Positions 50,789-64,000 of a stretch of DNA of 64,000 bases are shown in pieces (position 1 is the stretch's first letter; each line of letters starts with the position of its first letter). Location: NCBI GenBank assembly GCA_965113315.1, contig OZ220372.1. The stretch is one strand, 5' to 3'. This DNA is from Podarcis vaucheri. Lineage: Eukaryota. The translations under genes and the position numbers were made by a program. The notes beneath the pieces are model-generated. The model did not search any database, was not told the origin of the DNA, and saw only the letters and a program-made list of their open reading frames with translations.

Positions 50789-51958
50789 TATAGGAACACA
50801 AAAGGCTTGGTGCCTACTGTGTTTCTAGCCTGTAGAATTCTTCACTCTGCTTTTTACCCAGAGCAGGGGCTGACAAATATTCTATCCATCTTCCATCAGC
50901 CACTCATTGAGTACTATTTTTGGCTGGCTGTTAACTTTGTGGCCAATTTATACTATTATTGTCATTAATTTTTAAGTAGCCTTCTGCACAATCATCTCGA
51001 AGTTATGCACAAGATAATAAAAATGAAAAGTGAAAAGACGGTTAAAAACACAAAACACAGCAGACACATTTAAAACAAAACTCAAATAATATAAAGTAGA
51101 TACAGCAAAGACCCATTTATCCAGTTGAGAAAGCTTGTGCACAATTGTTATAATCCTATTATTTTTTAATATCTGATTGGTCTGGGAATAACCTCTAGCA
51201 TTCTCTTCCATTCATGATTTCATGTGAAAACTTACTATGGACTATCAGCAGTCCCTAGATTCACAAGTAAAACTCAAGAGATAAATGCTATGACCACCAA
51301 GGTCCTTTGCAACTCTTACGATTCCAAAATATCAACAGATTTTAAGTTTAATGTTTGTAAAGTGTACCCATTTGGATTCATAACTAAACTATCTTCATGA
51401 GCCATTCTTCCAAGCCTCTAACTTACTAAATTATCAATGTCGTTGCACCAGCATAGCCGACTACTATTAAGTGTAATATGGCTGAGATGTGAAGAGTAGG
51501 TCTGTTCAATGCACTGGCTCTCTTACAGGGTACTATAAGCAGGCCGATTGTTAAATCCCAGTTAAGGCCATATTATGTTGCGAACTACTCTGTGATCTTT
51601 GGTTGAAGAAAACGATATCAATTTAATAAACAACAACAACAATTAAAATAAACTTGTGGTATTTATTCTTTAGTCATTGCTCAGGGAACTGACAATATTC
51701 ACATTCACCGATTAAACATAACAATGAGTAGTAGAAGCTCCTATATTTGGGAGGGGGTGGTTCTCCACACACACGTTCTTGGCAGCAAACTGATCCTCTA
51801 AATACTCAAATTTGGAAAATTCTCTATAGATGCTAACAGAGCAGATGGCACTGGAAACTTCTGTTTCAAGAATGCAATTTACTCCACCTCCCCTGTTAAA
51901 TTCAGTCTGCAGCATGTGCATTTTAAAAGCCCAAACTGACCACACTCCCACTGTAAAC

Positions 51959-52363
51959 CAGTGTTAGAAACTCAGAACTTTGTGAACTTAAGGAGGAATA
52001 GCCACTTTATCCAGGGACATTTCACACATACATATAGGCCTATTCTTACCTCTTTTTCTTAATGGTGACACAGACCATTCATAATGTAAGTGGGGTAGGT
52101 GAAGAGAAGCTACAACAATTAACTATAACATTGTTCACTGCTCCTGCTCAGGCTGCACAGATAAAGCATGTTGGCTCCTGAAATTCATTCTGATTTTGTA
52201 GATAAAATAAAACTTATAGAATTCTACAGGATGTCTTATTACTGTGTGAAAACAATCAAAATCCAAGGATCCTGAGGCATGCACCTCACACTTAGGCTTC
52301 TTTACTTGGTCACAAGTGGCTGATAGCCAGGTGCAAAATGTTCCTGGCTAATTTCAAACACTG
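51959..52363. mobile_element. Old DNA-transposon remnant (copy 2)
   Basis: CAGTGTTAGAAA ... TTTCAAACACTG termini; same subterminal motif as copy 1. Confidence 0.55.
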
Positions 52364-52661
52364 TTGCAAGCTACTCTAGCATGTTTGCTCTAAGAAAAGA
52401 CATGTGAACCATCATCAAGAAAAAATAAAGGAGAAGATAAGATGGACTTTCCCCAGACATATAAGATTACAGCATTTGAATTAAATTCAGTATTTACCAA
52501 GAGTTAAGGAGGTTTATTATTGCAAAGCCAAACCTTTCAGTTCATTTTAATATGTGGCATATTGAATCCTTAAGTGGCCAAAACACTTGTTAGACAATGC
52601 CAACATGTAAATCAATGGATCAAAATGTGTCCTTTCTTGGAGTTCATTTATGTATCAAATA

Positions 52662-52900
52662 CAGTCAGACCTCGGGTTAAATATGCTTCAGGTTGAGCAT
52701 TTTCAGGTTATGCTCTGCGGCGACCTGGAAGTAACGGAACGAGTTACTTCCGGGTTTCGCCACTCGCGCATGTGCTCAAAATGCTGTCACGCGCATTGTG
52801 GAAGTGGTGAAATGTGACCCACGCACACGCGTGTTACATTCTACTCAGGATGCGAACAGGGCTCCGGAATGGATCCCGTTCGCATCCAGAGGTACCACTG
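52662..52900. mobile_element. Tc1/mariner MITE (imperfect TIRs)
   Basis: TA-CAGTCAGACCTCGGG ... CCAGAGGTACCACTG-TA. Confidence 0.7.
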
Positions 52901-55862
52901 TATATAATGTCTTTTTTTTACTGAAGCCCCAGAAACTATGCTATTCAATTATGACTTTGTCAGTTCTTGCATACATATAAGTTTTGAACCATATCCTTTA
53001 TACCACACAAGGATTGGGAACCAGAGACCCTCTATGTGGGCTTCCAACTCCTACCAACTCTGATCACTGGCCACGCTGGCTGGGCCTGAAGGGAATCGGA
53101 GTTCAACATCATCTGAAACGAAACACATTCTACATCCTTGGTGTTGCTAATATGGTGCACAACAACATAGGAAAATGCTTTAGACCACATCAAACCATTG
53201 CTGCTGCTAGGTCTTTATCATCTACAGTCTGACTGGCAGCAGCTCTCCAACATTTCAGACGGTAGCCTTTTCCAGCCCTACCTAGAAATGCCAGGGGTTG
53301 TGTACAAGATGTCCCAGGTTCAAACTGTGCACACTTCCTATTGTGAACCTAATCAGAGATTAATCCCAATTTCATCCTGACATTTCCCTTTCACACGTGG
53401 TTGTATATTTATGTTATTAGGGGATGTCTTGTACAATTGTTCTTTGAAATTATTCAAAAATAAATAAAAGTACAAACAAAAATTTGTCACCAAGTTACAT
53501 CCCAACTTCATCTAGTTCTACCTGCAAGATCTTGTACTACAGTTGTTGCTTAATTCCACTTGGACTGCATAATGTTCAGATATCAAGGTCTGGTTATTCT
53601 ACACCCATCAATGATATTTACTGTAGCTCATGTATACCAATGATATGCCAAGTAACTACTAATCCATAATTCTTAACTGCTGTTCAAGAAAACGTGACTC
53701 ACCTTTTCACACACATAATAAAATTAAATTACAGCTCAAATGCAAGAGTTCTAGAGTATATTCAACGACACCAGAAGATTGTAGAATCATTGTACTGTGC
53801 TCAATTAGAGCCAGAACAGGCCAATTTATATGAATGGATGGAAACACACCTCTTTTAAAAAACAAAACACTGAACACCTGAACAGAAGTAAAACAAAAAT
53901 AAATCCAGAGTATTCCAAACTACTGTCAGTTATATCTAACTAAGTCACTTCAACGTAAATGACCACAGTTCATTCTCTCTCTCATGTACAGCTGTTTGGG
54001 CTTGATAAAATTAGCATATGTTAACAATTTTCAGTGCTTCCTCCCCCCCATTAAATTTGAGCAAAGTGCATAACACTAAATTGCCTTAAAATAGTTGCAA
54101 GTAATAAAAAAATTTTTTAGTAAAGCTTTGAATATGATTTACTAACATTTATACCACATCTGTAGTACACAGTGCTATGTGGTATAGAGTTTTGAGACAG
54201 CTATATATAGTATAGACTAAGTCCAACAATTATCATAATCAGATTTGTAAAGCTGATTTAAACTGGGCATTGGGGAAAATTAGATCCATTTTAGAAAATG
54301 GAAATTCACACCACTGCTTTCCACCTACTGTATTTAGAATTCAGGATAAGAGCTTTTATAAAAGCACAAGTATCAAACCTTTGTACAACAAAGTGTTAGT
54401 TGACAAAAATGTTTCCTGCAGATAAAGCACCTATATATTATAACCCCATGAAAGTAGAAGAAAATGCTCGTCCTGATATGCACAACAGCCATGCCATTTT
54501 GCTTTGCCATACAAAAGAAGCCAAGTATTTCATTTGAAGATGAAGCTCAGCTATACGTAGGCTACAAAATACTTTCACACTTTTCATTTTTAGACCCCTC
54601 AAAAACCTCCTGTTCCCAGTTTACTTTTCTAGACTCAGTTGTGGGGTATCAACAACAGCTGGTTGGAGAGCAACACAGATCAAGCATGCTTGTTGTCAGC
54701 TTCTACCAACTCCACCTCAAAAAGTGAAACTTGGGCTCTCTGCCAACAGCCAAACCAGTTGAATACACTCTTGAGTCTCAGCCTCCATTTCAGATTTCCC
54801 TCTAATAGGCTCTTCAGCTAGCTTAAGAACATACATTACAAATGGGGGTGTCCAAGCCAAAAAAAGTGTCTTTTCTGCTAAAACTGACAGAAGCAGAGCA
54901 AAACCATATCTACAATTCACGTTAAACAATCTTCTTTGCTTCTCCAATTACCACTCAAGTAAATTTCAGGATTTGAAGACAGTATACTCCAATTGCTCAT
55001 TAAACTGAATCTTCACATGTTAAGTATTATTATATTATTAAAGTTGTCAGACTATTAAAGAAATCTTAGTAGAGTTTATCAATCTTGTGAGGTATAGCCA
55101 ACAGACTAAGCCTGCAATGATATGTACATTTATCAGTAGTCCTACTTTGTTCAATGGATTTGCTTGAGTAAGAACGCACAATACTAAAAAATGCATTTTG
55201 AGTAAAAGTGCATTAAAATTTAGCTCTGTAAACGTTTGCATAGAATGAAACTGTTTAAGGGAAAGACATTCAGTGTTCAGATTATTCGTGCCTATGTTAC
55301 AGGCGGCACCATCCTAGAAGAACATTTGCCTTTCTGAAGAAAAAAGCTATGCCCCCAAATTATGCCTGACACCTGCAGTTTTTCTTAAGAACTTTTGGTA
55401 ATAAAGAAATAGTTTTCTAAAAATCTGTTTACATAAGCCAACTAATCTTTAGGAACTGAAATTCTCATTATAGAATTATGAAGCTTCTTCAGCTGATGAA
55501 AGGTTGTAGCACTGCATTTTGTGGGCTTAAAGTCACAAAGCTAGATCTAGTAGCAGGGTCACTGTCTTTCTAACTGCTATTTGGCTATCTGAAAATGCCT
55601 GCAGTCAAGTTTTTCCTGCAAGTTCCAAAGATCTCAGAAGCCCACTCTGCAGTAACTCGGAGCAGTGTGTGGCTGTCCCCACTCTGTGGAATAGAATTCC
55701 TGTCAAGATACAAGAGGCACCTCTCTACCTGTACTTTCCTGAAATAAGTGACATGTTTGTACCAACAGGTTTTCCCAGCAGCATTAACTGGTCTATATCA
55801 TAACTGTCTACATTGCTTGATTTCGTTTTTGTTTTAAATGAATCTGCTATTTTTGTGTTATA

Positions 55863-56180
55863 CAGTGGTGCCCCGCAAGACGAATGCCTCGCAAGATGAA
55901 AAACCCGCTAGACGAAAGGGTTTTCCGTTTTTCGATGCGCTTCGCAAGACGAATTTCCCTATGGGCTTGCTTCGCAAGATGAAAACGTCTTGCGAGTCTT
56001 GCGTTTTTTTCGCTCCCCCCTTTTTCTAAGCCGCTAAGCCGCTAATAGCCTTTTAGCCGATAAGCCTTTAATAGCCGCTAAACCGCTAATAGCGCTAATC
56101 GGGTTGCTTCGCAAGACGAAAAAACCGCTAGACGAAGAGACTCGTGGAACGGATTATTTTCGTCTTGCGAGGCACCACTG
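55863..56180. mobile_element. Tc1/mariner MITE, same family as the 37906 copy
   Basis: Same TIRs and TA TSD; internal AGCCGCTAA-type repeats; inserted in an L2-like remnant. Confidence 0.85.
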
Positions 56181-59100
56181 TAACTTGTTCTAATTATACA
56201 TCACCTTGAGATGGTTTTTAAGAAGGTGATCAATAAATTAATGAGGATTATATTTGCACCTTTAAGTTTAGCCAGTTTAAATCTAGTTATTTGACCAGCC
56301 CTTCTATGAAATATGGCACTAAGGTCTGCAGAAGGTAGTGGGATCAGTGAAAGGTATGTTCCCTATCTTGAGAGCAGAAACACTTTTCAATACAGCAAGG
56401 CTACTATTGGATACAACCATATGAAATCAAATTCTAAACTGCCACCTATAACTGTGTTGATCAAATACATATTTGCATCCATTTGAAAGACAGTGTTGTT
56501 GCTTTGCAACTTTGTTGTTAATCTATATTGATTTTTTATTGGCTGTAAGCATCTTTAGGTAAACATACCAGTTTTGCTCTCAGATTCAAAACCTTTCCCA
56601 AACCAGGGTTAGGGTTAAACAACTGCCACCAAGAAAGAGCCAGTAAGAATTTCTGCTGGCTCAGACCTTGAGGGCCTGATATAATCAGGTAATAAATAAA
56701 AATGTTTGCAACTTAGAATTCTAGGTGCTTTGGGAACCAAAACATACAAGCCCCACAGATTGAGAAAAGGAAACTGCATCACTCCAGAGCCACTATTCAT
56801 GTGTTTCATGTCCATGCAAAGCACAAGAGTTCTCAACAATGTGGAGCAGAAAACTTTTCAGAGCTTTATTTTTCCATGAAAATTTTTCTGTTTTATAAGT
56901 TCACTAGCAAAAATTAAAAGATGCCAAATGCAAATATTAAGCAAGCTTGATAGTTTCAAATATTTTAGTTTTGTTTTTTAAATACGAGAAAATATGGCAA
57001 ACTAGATCACTCTCGGAAATTTTTCCAGGAAATCCATGTTGAAAGAGGTGTTACAGTTTTTATCTTGGAAGCCACAGAATACACGTTATTTTTAAGGGCA
57101 CTACATAAATAGCAACCCTTCCCCAGAGTAGTAATATTAAATGGGAGTTATCATAGTGGAGATCAGAAGGTGGCACAATGTATCTTTACTTCAGTAGCTC
57201 TTAGAGATAGAACACAACCTGTTCCCAGCCTGAGTCATATAACAGGAGGTGAACTGACCAGTAAACCCTGAGAAAAAATCCATACCCGCTACATGTTCCG
57301 GTGAAGAAAAGGCTAAAGAGTAAACCCTACACAATCCAAAATGGAGTCCCTAAGACGGTTGGATGGTGCCCTGTATACCTCCTTTCAGCAACTCCTGCAA
57401 CCAAACTTTCCTTTCCTTTGGACCACATCAGCGAAGCCGAGAAGGTTGTTGGATGCCACTTCCTTTGAGCTGCAGCTCCCAAGCATGCATGCTCCCCTGC
57501 CCAGGTGAGGACGTGGGGTGAAAGATGCTTGCTAGGGAGAGGGCATGGCCAGCAAATTGTAGGGCCTTGTCACTGTCATATTTGTTCTTTACTCCACATG
57601 TTAACCCTGTTTCTGAGATAGTGCTTCCACAACTTCTATCAAGATGTCACCGAAATCAGCAATGACTGCAAGACTTCCCTTTTCCAAGCATCACTGTCCA
57701 CCTCATTCACATATACCTTGCTAAAATCATTTCCCATGTAAACCAAAACATTCGCTAGTAGACAAAACTGAAGTGATTCTACTTCCCCAACTTCCAAATG
57801 TGAACATGTACCTACAGTAGTCACTGGCAGTGAAGCATTCTGCAGTGGGTGTGTCCAACTCATTCACTTTATTTTAAAAAAGCTGCCATCTCAAGCACAG
57901 AAATAGCGATGGAAGTACAGTAATGTAGCAGTCCTGTCACAAAAACATTCCTCAATAGCAACAAGCTCTCTCATGTCAAGCAAAAAATGTTTTTGCTTCA
58001 AGAATTCAACTACAAAAAATGTTGATTAATTCCCTGCATCTGGGGCCAGGATTCCTCTACTCTTCAATTTAGATTCCAGTAAGTTCTCAGACTGAATCAA
58101 ACACTTGCATTCTCTTTCAGGGTTAGGACACTGTTCAAGTGACCAGCCAAATATACAAGAAATCAAACATGTTGATGAAACATGGATCATTAAGTATTTT
58201 TGTAGGGGGGTGTTACATTTACAATGGCAAATTTATTTTATATTATAAGACGGTGTTGTTTCAAGTTATGCTAAGCAGTGATGCTACATATTTTTCTGAA
58301 ATTCCAGATTTCATCTCACTATAAAATCTGGCACTACTTTTGATAATTTGAAATTCATATTTTGTCACTTGAATATGTGTGTAGCCAACTGCACCTACAA
58401 TAGTAGTTACAATTCATTGCTAAAGCCCAGCCTCTCATGCCTTCCCACTGCCTGAGTTAAAAAAAACAAAGAACACCATACTGCACTATTTTTTTGGTCA
58501 CACACTTCCATTTCCTCACTACTGACAGTGCGACATTCTCCCCATAAAAAAACAAGCTTTCTAAAAATAAAATGTTATTCTTATCTTGTCACTGTACCTA
58601 TATACATCCAAACTTTAAAATCTTTGTTTTACTTTGTTACTTTAGAGCTAGTTATTGCCTTTAAAGTCTGCTTACAAGACTTATGTCTGAACTATCAACT
58701 GAGATTCTGCAGACCTTAGGAACCAAAGATCAGAATTTGCTATATCCCCTTTACAAGCTTCACTCTTTGACAAGCTAAACAGCTCACAAAGATGGAACTG
58801 TAAGGCAAGCAGGTTGACTGATCAAGCAAGCTCATCAGCCAAGCAACTTGCAAACCCAGTCTGCATCTAAGTAGTAAACCTGCCAGTGAGGGCCACACTA
58901 TGGAGACTGAACACATTGTTATGTTTAGTCATTAGAGCAAATGAGTTTTCAAAAAACAGGTTAAAGGGTATTATATGCAAAGACTGCATAGATCCATTCT
59001 ACTAAAGAAATCCTCACCAATGTGTGCCCTTCATATGTTTCTGACTACATCTATCACCAGGCATGAGGACTCTCTGGTTTGTGGGCCTACTTAGACCTAG

Positions 59101-60643
59101 CACTGTTCCCAATTTGGCTTGTGAGGCTACTTTCCCAAAACCACACCCACCTACCCCACAACTGATGTCATGTGATATCAGGTATGGAGCAGATTGTGCA
59201 ATGGCAGTCATGATCTACTGGGAGCCTTAAAGTATACTCCCAATTGTTCATTGGCAAGGGAGACTTGCTATCACTGCTGATCAGCTGGTTTTGGCAGTGA
59301 CAGCAGCCCTGCTGGGATCAGCTGAACCATGGAGTTCCCCATACAGTACTCCATAATGCACTAAATCCCTGCTCAAAGTAGAGCATGAAGTTGGCCTGTA
59401 TCAGCAGCTTGATGGTAACTTCCAAGTCAGGCTTGAATGAACTAGAATTTCCTTTGTAGCACTACCAAGTAAAAATGTGTCAACTGCCATCACAGTGACA
59501 TAGAGTAATTTCCAGGTGGGCTGAGGCTCACCTACCTGTCAAAATGGCCCACCATCGGCAGGAGAAACCAGGGTACAGCCCACCAGCTAGATATAGTTCC
59601 TCACCCATTTTACATAAAGCACCCAAGTCCTCTATTTGCTGCTCTGTACAATCATGTGTTAACTCTCACTGGCTACCACTCAATGAGAGCAACCTGGCAG
59701 TTTGCTACATATTTCCCACAGGACAAGCACCTACTCGGCAAGTACCTATTGAGGACTCATTTTAGATGCTTAATCTAAACACTGTACTAAAATAAGTAAG
59801 AGAAAAGCTGTTTCCTATCCTTTCCCCTGAAGTAGTAAACAACTACATGCAGAGATTACATCAAAGCTACATGATTAGTAATGAAATGTACAGCATTTTT
59901 CTGCTCCACCACTTACAAAGCACTAGGTTATTCATTCTAATTAGTGAAGATACTGTTCTTGGTGCCTTATTACACTCACAGTACTGTTTTCCCCAAGTAC
60001 TGAGATATGTGAAGTCCTGCTGGAGCAAACCTACAGGTCTACCATCTAATTTGTAAAAGTGACTACAAAATATCTACAACCACCATGCAAACTCTCCTTC
60101 ATTGTTTGGCACCAGCATCTGTACTCAGAAATGCTGCACCTAGAGGTTGAAGTTATCAATCATGGGTAACAGTTGTGATAAACCTACCCACTACTTAACA
60201 AATCAAGGAAAATATTGCATGCACATATATTCCCACCCCACCCACAGTTATAGCAATGTTTTACTGAAGAATAGCAATATTAGCCTTCCCAGTAGTTTTA
60301 ATACTAGGGAAAAATTCATCTTCAGTATCAACACCACCTGTAGGATTATTCTGCAATTTAAGAACTAATACACCAATCATAGGTACTATTGAAAGCTATA
60401 AAATCAATACATCATTTTGAATGACAATACTGTAACTGGACACAAAGACTATGAGGTTTTTTTAGAAATACAACTTTTCATATAATGCTACATGCCTCCT
60501 TATCATGTATTAATATGCTTAAATATTCCCACGTATCATTCATAATTGCAGTGAACAAGCCTGTTTTCTGGAAATGCTCAGGTATTTTGAAATATTATAC
60601 TTCAAAAACTTTATTTGTGATCACAAGAAAAACTTTGTCTTAC

Positions 60644-61302
60644 CTTGCCCATTGCTCCAGGCTGTGGACCCCTCAAGCCTGTCTGTCCTCCCATCTGCGG
60701 AGAACCTTGCTGCAATGTCTCAGCCAACAAGTTACCAGCATTACCCATTCCTGGGTTCGAGTATGACATGTTGGAACGTCCTCTTCCTGCTCCAATCGAA
60801 CCATTCAAAACTTGCCCCTGCATCATGCCTTGTCCATTTCCTGAAGCCAACATACCAGGATTCATGCCAGCATTTATTCCTGCATTCATTCCCATTCCAG
60901 GCTGATTTACCGGATTGTTCACTGCTGGCATCATTCCTGCAGTGGGTTGAGTAGATGGACCTTGATTTGGCCCACTTGCACCCATCCCCAAATTTGGAGA
61001 TGTCAATGCTGCCTGTGCCATGGGGCTTTTGACCATACTGTTTAAGATTCCCATTCCTGGATTGTTCTGCTGGGGCTGGCTGGCCATGCCCTGACCTGGC
61101 CCACCAACTCCCATATTAAGGTTTGGTGAGCTACCAGCACGTAACAGTTCAGACAACTGTTTGTGTTTTGAAGCAGCATCTTGTGCCATACCAAGACTAG
61201 TCTGCAGCTGATTAATGTCACCACCATTGGTAAGTCCCAATTCTGTGGAGCTGATCAGTTCATCTGGTAAGTCATGTTCCAGATCAAACAGGGATCCAAA
61301 AT
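60644..61302 (-). CDS. EP300: EP300 exon 2 (659 nt; N-terminal region, LSELL LxxLL motif)
   Basis: ttccctag|AT TTT GGA ... GGCAAG|gtaaga; translates DFGSLFDLEHDL...GAMGK. Confidence 0.95.
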
Positions 61303-63461
61303 CTAGGGAAAGGAAAAAACAAAAGAAATGGTTTAGAACACTGAGAATATATTTCATATAAAAGTTAGCTCTTTTCAATGCTGGCACAATATCACTTTTC
61401 TTATCTAATTAACTATGCAGCAAGCCAAGAAGCATAAACAGGTTTGTTTTTTTAAAGTATTTCACATTTTCCAACGATATAAAAGCCTCACACAATTGGC
61501 TACCCTTCTTCTCACTTCATTAAGACTAAAATGGGGAAATGATTCTGGAGAACAGAGGAACAATTCTGGGAACACATTTGTAATAAACTGCCATTTGGAT
61601 CAATCTCAATTAGAACTTGAGAAAATGCTTTAAAGATGGCACATCACTAGTAGATGTGCCCAGCCAGATTATAGAGAATTAATCATAACACACCCGACCT
61701 TTGCTAGCAGGAATGCAATTTATCTGTTTCTCGTACACATGTGTGGTTTTGCCCCAAAATTATTCCCTTTCGGGAAAAAGTTTTTCAAACAATCAAATGA
61801 TGGGACAATAGCTACAGCCCTACAATAATTTTTCTCCTCGGATTAAGAACATAACCAATAAAAACCTGATTCTCTATTTATTAACTGGAGCTAGATTAGT
61901 GACTGCAAAAAAATGGGAAAACTTTAAATGCCAATCTTTTTGAAGCCTGGATTTCACAGGTATTGTGCTTCTGGTCAGATTAACCATTTCACAAAAGGAA
62001 TATTGACTGGGGGGGGAGGAAAACTCACACCTTCTATATGACAAGTTATCCTTTTATTGACTTTCTTAAGACAATCGACTCATGGAACCTTATGAAGAAA
62101 CACTTTCATTTGATCGCCTTTCTTGGGACATCTAAAACTACAACCATCAGCCTCTATTTTTCTTTCTTTTCTGCATAACTACTAAGCTCTGCATTCCTTG
62201 TTTAGTTACTTGAAATTAAAAATCATTTTTAAAAATTCACATTTTTCCTCCACAACCCTACAGAATATGTCAGGCTGAGCAATAGTAACTGACCAAAGGT
62301 GAACAATGCTTAGCAATGGCTTAAACCAAGGGCTCTCCTGTGCAAATCAAATAAAATATCAACTATACCACATTCCTTCATATTTATATATTCAAGGCTT
62401 AATTTCTTTTACTCCTGCAAGATTCTAACTCATGTTAAAAGCTTTCATTGTAAAAATAATGTCACATAGTGTTTGTAAACTATTGGTTGTGGTGAAAGAA
62501 CTGGATCTGGCTGGAAGGCCAGATTCCTACCTCCCCTATTCTGCAACCCCTCAGCAGGTTTGCTTTGACAGATGGGCAGTGCTGACCATCTATCAATCAT
62601 CTGACATCACATGGCTCCTTTTCCTTTTTGCCCATGCAGTTTGAAATCAAGCCACTGCAGGCAAGGCACAACATTTCTCAAGCACCAATGATCAGTTGAT
62701 TGTTGGCACTTGTAAAGCACTGTGCCTTCTTGGCTAATCCCAGTGGGGCTCACTGTCAGTGCACATCACCTGATCAACACTGTCAGCATGTCCCGCTTGC
62801 AAATAAACAATTGGAAGCCCACTTTAAGCTTCCAATAGCTCATTTGGAGCACGTCCTTGCCTACCCTATCCACGACATCACACAGTACTTCAGGTGTCAG
62901 GCAGCTGGCTATGGCAGCCAGCCTTGCAGGTCAAACACTAGGTCTAATAATGTACACAAGCCAGAGGTTTCACACCCATGCCATATGCCAAGAGTTCAAA
63001 GCACTCCAGATATGAATTTGGTAAATCTTACAAATAGCCTTGCAAAGTAGGTCTGTAGTTACACCAGACTGAAGATGGGGGCAAGAAAACAGTAGCTAAT
63101 GAAGACACCTAGCAAGCTCACAGCCGAAGTGAAATGAACCAGGAACTTACTGTGGAACACCAGTTTTCCTCATGTGCCACTATAAAGAATACTTCCTTCT
63201 TGGTTTTCGTTCAGCAACTGAATTGCCTAGACTAAAGGTCTTAAACACGCTATCGTTCACACAAGTATATTGAGTTTGCATCAGCTCAATCTACTTAAAC
63301 CTAAAACAGCTTTAAGCACAGAAATACAGGCAGGAAACCTTGGTTCTATTCAGCAGAGCACATATAAGCACACACTGCTTCTGTTCTGCCTTCTTCTGGG
63401 TACCAAAGGACCCACGTGTTGGTGATCACATGTCATTTGGACACGCCTAAAATGGTCACCA

Positions 63462-63808
63462 GGACGCGGGTGGCGCTGTGGGTTAAACCACTGTGCCACT
63501 TGGGCTTACCAATCGAAACCCCGTGACGGGGTGAGCACCCGTTGTGCGGTCCCAGCTCCTGCCAGCCTAGCAATTCGAAAGCATGCAGTACAAGTAGATA
63601 AATAGGTACCGCTCCGGCGGGAAGGTAAACGGCATTTCCGTGTGCTACTCTGGTTTTGCCAGAAGCGGCTTAGTCATGCTGGCCACATGACCGGGGAAAA
63701 CTGTCTGCGGACAAACGCCGGCTCCCTTGGCCTGTAAAGCGAGATGAGCGCCACAACCCCAGAATCGTTCGCGACTGGACTTAATTGTCAGGAGTCCCTT
63801 TACCTTTA
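63462..63808 (+). mobile_element. Sauria SINE, near full length
   Basis: Head GGACGCGGGTGGCGCTGTGGGTTAAA; CCTTTACCTTTA tail; TSD CCTAAAATGGTCACCA (63446-63461 and 63809-63824). Confidence 0.88.
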
Positions 63809-64000
63809 CCTAAAATGGTCACCACCTGTAAGTACACATGTATCTTTCGATTAAAAAAAAAAATCCAAGTATTTTTTCATGATGAAGGGTGGGTGGGTGT
63901 GCCCACACACATACATACCTTCCAACATGAAAAAATACTTGGGTTTTTTTTTTAATCGAAAGATCAAAAGCCTTTTAAACATCAGTGGGGGGTTTGGGGG

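Noticed and set aside
59266-59303. Small hairpin (TCACTGC...GCAGTGA)
   Set aside because: Too short for a pre-miRNA; probably the centre of a decayed palindromic repeat

Overview
Eukaryotic (vertebrate) genomic DNA, most likely from a squamate reptile; Sauria-type SINEs suggest a lacertid-like lizard (inference). Almost the whole window is the EP300 (p300 histone acetyltransferase) gene on the minus strand. Coding exons 2-31 are present, all with GT-AG boundaries, and join into one continuous frame of 7292 coding nt including the stop. A ~1.1 kb 3' UTR ends at an AATAAA signal. Exon 1 lies beyond the right edge. Introns contain Sauria SINEs, TA-flanked Tc1/mariner-type MITEs, hAT-type MITEs with 8-bp TSDs, L2/CR1/Penelope fragments and microsatellites. 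The most interesting region is intron 19 (23610-26106), which interrupts the RING domain and appears to hold a splicing-control module: a 347-nt AG-free zone with a distant branch point feeding an in-frame upstream acceptor (+10 aa), a candidate 36-nt in-frame microexon with neural-type signals, a candidate poison exon, and a C/D-box snoRNA-like k-turn element. Exon numbering and comparisons with human p300 come from recalled knowledge, not from a database search.
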